A DNA stretch of 64,000 bases. It comes from Marsupella aquatica (taxonomy: Eukaryota; Plantae; Marchantiophyta). Of this stretch, positions 11,086 to 22,610 are shown piece by piece (position 1 is the stretch's first letter; every line of letters starts with the position of its first letter). The stretch is from contig OZ316893.1 in assembly GCA_973895155.1 (NCBI GenBank), positions 28,344,210 to 28,408,209 of the forward strand, read 5' to 3'. The translations under genes and the position numbers were made by a program. The notes under the pieces were generated by a model. The model was not told the origin of the DNA, did not search any database, and saw only the letters and a list, made by a program, of their open reading frames with translations.

Positions 11086-14000
11086 ATGTATGTGAAGGAG
11101 ATAACCTTGGACGGATTCAAGTCGTACGCTCAAAGGACTGTGGTTTCCAGCTTTGATCAGCAATTCAACGCAATAATAGGGCTGAATGGATCAGGGAAGT
11201 CGAACATCTTGGACTCTATTTGCTTCGTGCTGGGAATTACGAATTTGCAGCAAGTTAGGGCAAGCAACTTGCAAGAGCTGGTTTACAAGCAAGGGCAGGC
11301 GGGAATTACAAAAGCAACAGTTTCAATTCTGTTTGACAATTCGAACCGTAAGCGAAGTCCTATCGGCTATGAAGACTCGAGTGAGATTACTGTCACTCGC
11401 CAGGTAAGTTTACCCCTCACGAATTTATCTGAACTTCATTTCATTCAATTTCCGATATTAAGTTGGCCCTCTTGCCGAGACACCCGTCTCTGTTGGCCTG
11501 GAAACAGTCAGTCTTTTCTTCCGATGCTCCCCACACCTCGTGAATAAATATTTTGATGATCAATAGCCAAGAGAGATACCGGATCCAATGAGTGGCAGAC
11601 AGAACATGAGAACATTTCGATTCGCACAGTATTCCATGGTCAGGCATTGTCTGATTATATGGTCTTTTGTCATACTGTAGATTATCGTTGGTGGACGGAA
11701 CAAGTACTGGATAAATGGCCACGTAAGGCAGCCCACCCAGGTCCAAAATCTCTTCCACTCCGTACAGCTGAATATCAACAATCCTCACTTTCTCATCATG
11801 CAAGGTCGTATCACGAAAGTACTCAACATGAAGCCGCCTGAGATTCTGTCAATGCTAGAAGAGGCAGCTGGAACTAAGACGTACGAGTCGAAAAAAGAGA
11901 ACGCTCTCAAGACTCTGGAAAAAAAGCAGGCGAAATTAAGTGGATGAAATTGACAACCTTTTGAGTCAAAACATCCTTCCAGCTCTCGAGAAGCTATGGA
12001 AAGAACGAGCGCAGTACCAGCAGTGGACTTCCGGCAATGCAGTGGTGGATCGTCTCGACAGATTCTGCATTGCTTTCGATTTTTCGGAGGTTGGAGGTTG
12101 AAGGAAGCTTCTTCGGGTGAGGAGGCCAAAATGCAAGACAAGGTTGAGGCTATTAAATTATCTGCCGTCGGTAAGATTAGAGGAAGAAATAGCCCAGAAC
12201 GAGGCTTCTGTTGCTGCATTGACTGAGGCCAAAGAGAAGCAGATGAATAGTGACATGAGAAGTTTGTCTGATGCGGTGGATAAGCTCTTGTGAAGGTCGA
12301 CTCTGCTGTCAATGCAAAACAAGAGTCTTTTGACGTCGAGAAAGCTACCGCTGAGCAGGTATGCAACCAATCTCAGACGCCAAACTGTAAAGCAGGCAGG
12401 TTTTGGTACATGAGCCGTATCATGGGAGGTACCCCTGTTTACTCACCTCAATTTGCTGGCTGTTATCTATCAGCTGCAAAGAAATGTAAAGGATTTGGAT
12501 GGTGTCATCGCCGCCAAAACTGCTGCTGAACTTCAAGCTGAGGAAGAATTTTCAGGTCTGAAAGAGAAAGTGGAGTAGCAGGCAAAGACATTGGAAGACC
12601 TTGAACGAGATTATCAGGTAGTTATTTGAACTCTGAGGATGCAAACAGGAATTGAGCCAACACTGATAAAACTGGTAATAATCTGCTATCGATGCTGACT
12701 TTAGCATGTTCATAGCAATATGTTTTTGTCTAAGAACAGTACACCAGCTGAAGGGTTTACTTTGAAGATTCAAATTTCGTCCATTCAGCAGAGTCCAGGT
12801 GAAAAGTCAGTGGCTCGTCGAAATTCGTTTGGTTCAGGGGATTCAAGCAGGGAAGGCTAGTGGGGCTGAACAAAAGAGTCTGGCAGACCAGCGAGATGAT
12901 GCAAATGCTGCGGTAGGGAAAGCTCCGACTGAGGTGCAGCAGAGCAAAACAAAGATCAAACATCTCGACAAAGAGCTGAAAGCGAAATAGCAGCATTTCA
13001 ATTCCAAGCAACACGAAGTAGCTGCTGCACAGGAGGAGCTGCGCTCACGTAAGGCGGAATTGGAGAAGCTGCAAGATGCCATAAATAAACTAGGATTCGA
13101 AGAGGACAGCAGAAACATGCGCAAGGTCATACAATTGGGCTGTGAATTTCTGGCTTCTAGCATGTCTACAAGGGTTAAGTGTAGGTGCAGTTCTCGTCTG
13201 CTGGGCGTGGAAATCTGCTCTTAATTATGTTGTATTCTATGTCCTTCGTCAACCTGTTGTTTTGCCCTTATCTGAACACGGTGCAATAACAAGTCACGAA
13301 TTGGAATTGCAGTCATTCTCAGCTTTAATGAAGGCTGCTGTTCTCTTGGACGATTCTCGACAACCTAACAAACATTGACGTGAACATTGCACTCCAGAGC
13401 CGGAGAACCGAGGCTGAAACGGTAAAGGGACTCAAGACAACTTAGGTTAGCAATCTTACGGGGGAACTTTCGGGCCTTCAATTCTCATACAATGACCCTG
13501 AGAGGGGATTCGAGAAGTCACGGGTTAAAGGACCAGTACCACGCCTTGTGCAGGTGAATGATGCCTCTACTATGACTGCCCTTGAGGTGTGTGATCCCCA
13601 ACTCCCATGTTTGTTGTTGAATTCATATTGTATTTCTTTGTATGAAACTGCTATGGTGTGGCTTCACATTTTAACTTTGAGACACTATCAGGAGCCTGAA
13701 ATGGTAGTACAAATCTTGCGAACAGGTTATTACAGGAAATAAATTTTATAATATTGTAGTGGACACTGAGCAAACTGCTAAACTGCTCCTAGAGAAAGGT
13801 GGGCTACGCCGAAGGATTACCATCATTCCTCTCAACAAGATTCAAGCCAACCCCATCTCTTCGAGAACTCAGGCGGCAGCGGCCAAGCTGGTATGATTTA
13901 TTTTCTGACGTATGTTCTCGCTAAAGAAAGGTTCCCATCTTGCATCGCTTTCAGTGCTCTCTTCTTAGATTGGAAAGATTTATTCGAATCGTAATAGTTA

Positions 14001-16738
14001 TTTATCTTCAGCAGATGCCGGAATTCATGGTTGGTTGTGTGAGATATAAAGGGGTTGAGAAAATGATCTTTAGGTGGGAACTGCAAACTATTCGTATCCT
14101 CAGAATGAATGCTTCACTCTTTTGTTTGATTCTTTCGAAGGGGTGCTACGTTTGAAGATGGTCCCTGACAATGTTGCATTGCAAATGTCTTGTTCCTTAA
14201 ATTTAGCCGCTGGATCTTTCACATATTGAGCAATCAGATCTGGTGTGTGTGACTCAGTGCTTCGCTTAGTCCAACTCGAAATTTCGCTATGATGGCCTTA
14301 AGATGTACAGTCTGAGCAGCTTTTGTCTCGTACAGGTACGGTGGGTCCTGCCAGGGCAAAACCAGCACTGTCCCTCGTTGGCTACCCTGACGAGCTTCAA
14401 GTAAGTTAAATGTAGCTTCCTGTCGTATTTAGAGATCAGCTTCTCCTGCTTTAGCGTATGCAAATATAGTTAGTCTCCAAGTAGACGATTCAAAGGTACT
14501 ACGTATTAACAATTCTATTGACGTCTGTCTAACGTTTGGAGTAAAGAACATTCTGATATAGTGATGTCATAATGCAGGCGGCTATGGCTTTCGTTTTCGG
14601 TGGAGCGTTTGTCTGTAATGATACTGAAACGGCCAAACAGGTGAATTTCAGCAATTGCATATTATTTTGAAATTGTAGATCCTTATGATAAAGTTGACCC
14701 TTTTCATTAGTGCAGACTTCTTGAATACTAAAACCCCTACCAGTAGTTGACTTTATATTCATGCTAGCCTTGGAGTAAAATGATTATATTCGAAGTAAAC
14801 TCAGCAGATTTTCGCTCAAGTATCGGCTGGTGTAGGTGGCTTTCCCACAAGGACGTCAATACTAAGTGGGTGACCCTGCAGGGGGATGTTTTTGAACCTC
14901 GTGGTCTTCTTACCGGTGGTTCGCGCAGGTCCGTTTCTGAGCTAATTCACTTTGTACGAACGTCCGAGTTGTGGAATGGAGCTATTGTTGCGATCAGCTC
15001 ATCCGAAGTAAAGAAATTGAGCTATACAGGTTTCAAACGCTGGGCAGATTTTCCTCATGCGTACCGTCTCTGCTTAGAGTAACGTAGAAGCATAGTGTCG
15101 CTGTAAGTCTAGATGTCCTGCAGAAGTCGCAGTGCAAGTATTTCATTTAATGTTTCCTTCCAGGAATGGTGGGGAACTCCTGATGCAACTTCATGCACTA
15201 GCAGAGGCGGAGGGCAGCTTGGCAGAGCATGTTCAGGCACTTTCAAAGATCGAGAAAGAGGTAAGGCTTTTATGTTTGATTTGGACATGACGTCGAGTTT
15301 ATACATGACGCAGTAGAACTATGTGCAACAGGATCTGTTTATACCAGGTCCATCCCCGTTGAGACTGGGTTCTTATAGCTACATCTGGTGGTCGTGAAGA
15401 TTTTTGATCCAATGTACGACGACCTCCAGTTGTCCTTAATTTGTACATGCGAATGCTGCAGATTGAGAAGTTGGCACCCATGCAGAAGAAATATGCCCAC
15501 TTAAAGTCACAATTGGAACTGAAGTCATATGATCTCTCTCTGTATGAAACCAGGGCTGAGTAGAGCGAACATCACAAGGTTTGTTGCAATTTCTCGGTTC
15601 CAAACATGTTTCATCAGTGACAATTCAACGTGTCTGAGAATCACTTTGTTGTGAGGAAAATGAGGGAGGATGTCCTTCTTAGGTTTTTACGGTCTACTGT
15701 CTTGGCATCAGAGCTTTGACAGTATAAGCGACTTCAGCCCCTCGTGTATGGCTACCCGTACGAGTTAGATATACTGCTGGGCTTAAGTTTACGAGCGCAA
15801 ATTGTTGTTTCAATAGTAGCGCTCTTTCTCATGTTTACAGTCAAGATTCTTGGGATTTTCGAAGAGTGCAGTCGTCGTGAGTAGCAAAGTGTTTAGTCGG
15901 GTCCTTGTTAGCTTGACATCAAATACCTGCGCGATGTCAGCTAAGTGAGTCGATCTGAACAATGGAGGCCGAGCTGGACGCAGAAAAGAAGGACCTAGCC
16001 AACAAGGAGAACCATCACAATGAATGCATAAAGAAAGCCTCCGACCTGGAGCGAGCAATTAACGAGCGTGGTCGGGACCGAGAAACTCGATTGAAAGACG
16101 TAGAGAAGAGTATCAAATCCATGAAATTGTAAAGACAATTCGAATCTTGATTCTATGAATGAATGCTTAAGGGAAACGGGGGTCCCACATATATACCCGC
16201 TGAGTGACAATCGATCAAGATACATCAAAGGGTAGAAGACAAAGACCTAAAGATCTATGGTAAAGGCTAATAGCGTACATACTACGAACTAGTGAATCAT
16301 CACAATAGACACCCGGATAATAAGGTGTGATATCCGGGGAGTGGACTCAGATACATGTCTGGTACAATCATGTATTAACACTTAGAAGCGCATGATACTT
16401 TGCACAATTAACAAAAAGGAAATGACAGCTGCATCGAAGGATCTTAAGGTACTTCAAAGTCACTTCTATCCCTTTGCTAAGTTTATATCGGACTGTTCGG
16501 AGTTCATGCTAATCAAATTATTGAGAAATGATTCGTTTCCAGCTGGCTAGGATGTCTCTTAAACAAATCTGTTAACTGGTTCTCTTCACAGGAACAAGAA
16601 GGAGCAAGAGAGAGGCTGCTCATGGAGAGGGAAGCTGCAGGGCACGAGAAAATGGTTCTCGAGGGGCAAGTAGTTACAGCGCTTGCACAGTTAAAGTTAA
16701 AGAATATGGAAGCACATCTTGGTCAACTAGAGAGTGAG
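11086..16738 (+). pseudogene. SMC2: Condensin subunit SMC2 pseudogene, multi-exon, 3'-truncated, copy A
   Basis: Exon 1 [15 protein letters not shown]...[19 protein letters not shown] (Walker A). Exon 2 [32 protein letters not shown]. Hinge exons (LRRRITIIPLNKI; VFGGAFVC; VTLQGDVFEPRGLLTGGS). Frameshift at ~11936, in-frame TAG at 12988 and 15561, LTR-like insertion, no C-terminal head (signature/Walker B). Confidence 0.95.
16128..16413 (-). mobile_element. Solo-LTR-like insertion (286 bp) inside an SMC2 exon
   Basis: TGTAAA...TTAACA termini and TATATA on minus strand. Interrupts RLKDVEKSIKSM / KKEMTAASKDLK. TSD imperfect. Confidence 0.65.
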
Positions 16739-18624
16739 GTAACTTAGGTGTTTCAGTGCTTTCGCTGTAGGTTCGTTGAATCTTGGCGTTAAGATGTGGT
16801 GAGCAATTTTGCTAGTAATAGCAGTCCTGAAATAGCACCAGGAACAAGGGTTTTCTGTGGTGCTTGTGAATATACATTATCGTAGACTTTATGGCGGGCT
16901 CAAGTCTGCTGATATATTGTAATTTTACAATTTATTTTTTCACAAGTTTGATGTTTAGTTTGTTTATTACAGATTTAAGGTTTAGTACATCTCTAAATAA
17001 GGTTTTTCTTGCACATATAATGGATTCTAATCATTCTGAACATTTGTAATTGCAGCTTGAGTTGGCTATGGAGGGCAGAGTGATGGAGGCATCACAAATG
17101 CATCTCCATCACAAGTGCATGAGTAAGATAGAGGAGAAAGTAAAAGGATAGAGAAGGGACATCAATAGGATTGGGATTGTGATTTAGGGTGAGATTTAGG
17201 ATAATGAGTCTTGTCCTAATTGAATGTGAGTATTGAGTAATAGCAGACTATTATAGTGGCTATATGAAGAGACTCAATGTAGTTAGAGGGATGAGTTGAC
17301 CCTCTTGCATCATGTACTCTTTATTGTCTTTGTCTTTAAAATGAAATGTTACATATATGACATATTCCTCCTCTTTGTAAAGGTCTTTCGAAAGTGATTC
17401 ATATGTCAATTGTAGTACTACCCCTAACCTAAATGTGATGTAGAATTGTATACTCAATAACATTGAAATAATGTTGGATTTTAGTATGGTATACTATATT
17501 GAAATGACAAACTAATTCCATTAGATCAGTTCAATATGGAATATAGGACTATGTATTGGTGTAAAGATAAATGAAAGATGTTGAAACATTGATATAAAAT
17601 GTCAAGTCGTACCCTCAAATAAATTATCCATAAACCTTAGAGATTATGCAAAGAAGATAAGGAAAACCAGTGATATATGAGTGTCCAAAATATAATGTAC
17701 AGATAATAAGTACCAATGACCCATGACATGTTAATGAAAATAAAGGTATTTATCATTGTCTTATCAACATTAGATACCTATCATTATATTGATGAAGAAG
17801 AGATGCTGGTTTATTGATGTATTGTCAATGAAATTCTATTTGATCCCTGATGTTTGGACGGTTGAAACTACATTGTTATACTACATTGACCACATATTGA
17901 TCTGTCAATGAAAGTCTATTAATTGAAGAATGGTTTTTATTACCAAATGTATTGAAAATACATTGTTACACTGTCCATACAATATTGACCAAACATTGAT
18001 CTAACAATGAAAATATAATGATCCAACAATGTATTTCATTGTAGAATCATGCAAGAATAAACGTGGAATAACTTGACAATGAATCATCACGATGAGCCCA
18101 ATGATTTGTTAATGTAATATTTTGTGAAAATTACAAAGCAATGAATCATTGTGGCACCCACAAATATCTAGTAATGCCAGGTCAACATGATAACATTTAT
18201 GATTTTACAGTGTATTCTTATCGCACCCTTCGTGAGTTTATAAATCATTGTTTAATTGCAAAATAATAGGAACCCTAATTTCCTGATGTACATTCACAGT
18301 TGACGAGTCTTGGATTATTTGAGGAGCAGATTGATTGCAGGAGGGCGATATCCCCATGGCAACCCCATCGAAAAAGTTAATGGGGAAAGCTGTATGAAGC
18401 AAGTGAAAGACCCCTCACGGGTGGAATTGAAGATGCTTTTCCAGCTTGTCAATTAAAAAGCAAGGACCTGATCCGTGAGAACTTGAAGCCAGGATGGACC
18501 TTCAAGTATGCTGAAATGCTGATGTAGATTTGAGCAACCCGGATGGACCTTGCCAAACGTATTATTTGACACGGATGACACTCTCTACATTTCAGTCCTA
18601 AAACTGACCTGTTACGGGTTGTAG

Positions 18625-18724
18625 AGGGTGGTCATTGTTGGGAAGCTCATCAGTTTGTCACTGTTCATGAGCGGGAGGGTGGTCATTGTTGAGAACCTCA
18701 TCAGTTTGTCACTGATCATGAGCT
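18625..18724 (+). repeat. 51-bp tandem duplication
   Basis: gagggtggtcattgttg...catcagtttgtcactg(t/a)tcatgagc at 18625 and 18676. Confidence 0.85.
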
Positions 18725-18858
18725 GGTCAGCTGCAAGCTTATGCCATGATAGTTTAAAAAAAAACAGCATTTTACTAACCTGTCCCCTAAACTACCCAAT
18801 ACTATGAACTTGTTTCCCATTTTGTATTTGGGTTAATATTAACTCTTGTATGGGTTAT

Positions 18859-18878
18859 AACCCTAAACCCTAAACCCT
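18859..18878 (-). repeat. Interstitial telomeric tract (CCCTAAA)n; others at ~4395, ~4782, ~8035, 20137-20159, 21422-21440, 22341-22359, ~43682
   Basis: Arabidopsis-type telomere motif, 2-3 copies per site. Confidence 0.85.
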
Positions 18879-19644
18879 GTATATATCTTCCTCTCACTCT
18901 GCGTGCAATGAGCCCGGTCTTCAGGCCATTTCAAGGTATTTAGGGAGCCTGTACAATGTCATATCTTCTCTGCACAGCGCGTGCAATGAGGCCGGTCTTC
19001 AGGCCTGTATATATCTTCTCTCCACAGCGCATGCAATAAGGCCTGTACATATCTTCTTTGCACAGCGCGTGCAATGAGACCGGTCTTCAGGCCATTTCAG
19101 GGTATTTTTTATATATACATTTTCGTGCAGCCCAGTGATCGCAATGCCCGGTCTTTGCGGTCTTTTTCGTGGTCTTTTTGCCACGAGTGCCCGAAAAAGA
19201 CCGTCCTGCCATGAAAATACAAAGGAACCAACATTACAAAGCAAGTCGATCTCTACACAGCACGTGCAATGAGGCCGGTCTTCAGGCCATTTCAGGGTAT
19301 TTAGGGAGCGCGGTGCATGGTCTCCTACATGCAGTGCACGGTCTCAACGTTTCAACATTTGGACTCCCCACAACATTATTGTTCAAACCTGTATATATCT
19401 TCTCTGCACAGCGCGTGCAATGAGGCCCGTCTTCAGGCCATTTCAGGGTATTTAGGGAGCGCGGTGCATGGTCTCCTACATGCAGTGCACTGTCTCAACG
19501 TTTCAACATTTGGACTCCCCACAACATTATTGTTCAAACCTGTATATATCTTCTCTGCACAGCGCGTGCAATGAGGCCCGTCTTCAGGCCATTTCAGGGT
19601 ATTTAGGGAGCGCGGAGCATGGTCTCCTACATGCTGTGCACGGT
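18876..19644 (+). repeat. Repeat family cctgtatatatcttctctgcacagcgcgtgcaatgaggcc: short subunits, then 151-bp units; another copy at ~41335..41483
   Basis: 151-bp periodicity (ORFs at 19317 and 19468). Copy B (63115..63732) has one unit fewer. Confidence 0.9.
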
Positions 19645-20140
19645 CGAGGGAGTTGTGTGTTGGGGTTGGGATGGGGAGGTTGAGAGGAGTGTTTTGGGGG
19701 GTGGGGGGTTGAGGGAGTTGTGTGTTGGAGTTGGGTTGGGGAGGTTGAAAGTGTGGGGGGTTGAGGGAGTTGTGGGGTTGGGATGGGGAGGTTGAGAGGA
19801 GTGTTTTGGGAGAGGTGTGTGTTGAGTTGGCATTAGGAGGTTGAGAGTGTGGGGTGTTTAGGGAGTTGTGTGTTGGGGTTGAGATGGGGAGGTTGAGAGC
19901 AGTGTTTTGGGGGGTGGGGGGTTGAGGGAGTTGTGGGGTTGGGATGGGGAGGTTGAGAGGAGTGTTTTGGGGGAGGTGTGTGTTGAGTTGGGTTTAGGAG
20001 GTTGAGAGTGTGGGGGGTTGAGGGAGTTGTGTGTTGGGGGTGGGATGGGGAGGTTGAGAGGAGTGTTTTGGGAGAGGTGTGTGTTGAGTTGGGATTAGGA
20101 GGTTGGAGTGTGGGGTGTTTAGGGAGTTGTGTGTTGGGGT
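19645..20140 (+). repeat. G/T-rich, almost C-free minisatellite (gagggagttgtgtgttggggttgggatggggaggttgagagg); copy B 63733..64000
   Basis: Repeated variant units with dense G runs, merging into TTTAGGG repeats. Confidence 0.9.
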
Positions 20141-22610
20141 TTAGGGTTTAGGGTTTAGAGTGTCATCCCCAGTTTTCACATGTGGCATACCAGTTTTTTA
20201 AGTACTGGTATGATTATTGAATATTGGGGGTGAGTTTGACCCCCAGTTTGTTGTGTGCGCATTTTGGAGGGGCTAGGGGTGGGGGTACCCCGCAATTTTC
20301 GGGGTGCGTGTACCAGGGGGCGAGTGCCACCCTACTGTAGCTTTTGGGGGTGTAACGAGCTGGGGGTGAGGGTGGGGGAGGGGTTCCATGGGGGTTGAGG
20401 GTGAGGGTGGCCCCCAGTTTTGGGGGTGCGTGCACATGGGGGCGTGTGCAACCCTAATTGAGCATTGGGGGTGTAACGAGCTGGGGGTGAGGGTGGGGGA
20501 GGGGTTCCATGGGGGTTGAGGGTGAGGGTGGCCCCCAGTTTTGGGGGTGCGTGCACATGGGGGCGTGTGCAACCCTAATTGAGCATTGGGGGTGTAACGA
20601 GCTGGGGGTGAGGGTGGGGGAGGGGTTCCATGGGGGTTGAGGGTGAGGGTGGCCCCCAGTTTTGGGGGTGCGTGCACATGGGGGCGTGTGCAACCCTAAT
20701 TGAGCATTGGGGGTGTAACGAGCTGGGGGTGAGGGAGGGGGAGGGGTTCCATGGGGGTTGAGGGTGAGGGTGGCCCCCAGTTTTGGGGGTGCGTGCACAT
20801 GGGGGCGTGTGCAACCCTAATTGAGCATTGGGGGTGTAACGAGCTGGGGGTGAGGGTGGGGGAGGGGTTCCATGGGGGTTGAGGGTGAGGGTGGCCCCCA
20901 GTTTTGGGGGTGCGTGCACATGGGGGCGTGTGCAACCCTAATTGAGCATTGGGGGTGTAACGAGCTGGGGGTGAGGGTGGGGGAGGGGTTCCATGGGGGT
21001 TGAGGGTGAGGGTGGCCCCCAGTTTTGGGGGTGCGTGCACATGGGGGCGTGTGCAACCCTTATGTAGCATTGGGGGTGTAACGAGCTGGGGGTGAGGGTG
21101 GGGGAGGGGTTCCATGGGGGTTGAGGGTGAGGGTGGCCCCCAGTTTTGGGGGTGCGTGCATTGGGGGTGAGGATGGTCAAGATTGGGGGTGAATCACCCC
21201 CAATGTATGCATACTAGGAGTGAGTCCACGCTCCTATCGCGACGAGGTGATCACAACTAGGGGTACGAGTAGTTGGCTTTTTATGTAATTTTGACTTTTT
21301 TAAAGTATTGGTAAAACGTTTCATTTTGGTGGATTTGCGCAAATAGCACGTTTTGGAACGTTACGTGCTCGCCTAGCACGTTTTTTTGACAAGTATAGCA
21401 AAAAGAAAAAAAGGGTTAGCGTTTAGGGTTTAGGGTTTAGAGTGTCATTCCCAGTTTTCACATGTGGCATACCAGTTTTTTAAGTACTGGTATGATTATT
21501 GAATATTGGGGGTGAGTTTGACCCCCAGTTTGTTGTGTGCGCATTTTGGAGGGGCTAGGGGTGGGGGTACCCCGCAATTTTCGGGGTGCGTGTACCAGGG
21601 GGCGAGTGCCACCCTACTGTAGCTTTTGGGGGTGTAACGAGCTGGGGGTGAGGATGGGGGAGGGGTTCCATGGGGGTTGAGGGTGAGGGTGGCCCCCAGT
21701 TTTGGGGGTGCGTGCACATGGGGGCGTGTGCAACCCTAATTGAGCATTGGGGGTGTAACGAGCTGGGGGTGAGGGTGGGGGAGGGGTTCCATGGGGGTTG
21801 AGGGTGAGGGTGGCCCCCAGTTTTGGGGGTGCGTGCACATGGGGGCGTGTGCAACCCTAATTGAGCATTGGGGGTGTAACGAGCTGGGGGTGAGGGAGGG
21901 GGAGGGGTTCCATGGGGGTTGAGGGTGAGGGTGGCCCCCAGTTTTGGGGGTGCGTGCACATGGGGGCGTGTGCAACCCTAATGTAGCATTGGGGGTGTAA
22001 CGAGCTGGGGGTGAGGGTGGGGGAGGGGTTCCATGGGGGTTGAGGGTGAGGGTGGCCCCCAGTTTTGGGGGTGCGTGCATTGGGGGTGAGGATGGTCAAG
22101 ATTGGGGGTGAATCACCCCCAATGTATGCATACTAGGAGTGAGTCCACGCTCCTATCGCGACGAGGTGATCACAACTAGGGGTACGAGTAGTTGGCTTTT
22201 TATGTAATTTTGACTTTTTTAAAGTATTGGTAAAACGTTTCATTTTGGTGGATTTGCGCAAATAGCACGTTTTGGAACGTTACGTGCTCGCCTAGCACGT
22301 TTTTTTGACAAGTATAGCAAAAAGAAAAAAAGGGTTAGCGTTTAGGGTTTAGGGTTTAGAGTGTCATTCCCAGTTTTCACATGTGGCATACCAGTTTTTT
22401 AAGTACTGGTATGATTATTGAATATTGGGGGTGAGTTTGACCCCCAGTTTGTTGTGTGCGCATTTTGGAGGGGCTAGGGGTGGGGGTACCCCGCAATTTT
22501 CGGGGTGCGTGTACCAGGGGGCGAGTGCCACCCTACTGTAGCTTTTGGGGGTGTAACGAGCTGGGGGTGAGGATGGGGGAGGGGTTCCATGGGGGTTGAG
22601 GGTGAGGGTG
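20141..22610 (+). repeat. Higher-order repeat: telomere tract + unique head + n x 121-bp G-rich satellite + unique tail (units of 1282 and 919 bp; third unit interrupted by CACTA)
   Basis: Anchor agagtgtcat at 20157, 21439 and 22358. The 121-bp monomer (gtaacgagctgggggtgagggtgggggaggggttccatg...) occurs 7, 4 and 3 times. Confidence 0.95.

Larger units (their letters stand above)
1..19912 (+). repeat. Segmental/tandem duplication, copy A (left boundary outside window; right limit set by where copy B leaves the window)
   Basis: Position 1 (tcatgcacaagctagggtaatc) recurs at 43838. ORF track repeats with offset 43837, then 43927, 44239 and 44088 after indels. Confidence 0.98.

Noticed and set aside
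11086-11547. 153-aa ORF as a complete small SMC protein
   Set aside because: Similarity ends at the GT donor at 11404; the rest is intron read-through.
18876-19644. Possible hammerhead ribozyme in the 151-bp repeat (CTGAAGA on minus strand) or the 19158 hairpin (CGAAA)
   Set aside because: Could not assemble CUGANGA, stem II, GAAA and the NUH site in a valid topology.
20137-20159. True chromosome end
   Set aside because: Only 2-3 telomere units per site, with sequence continuing on both sides.
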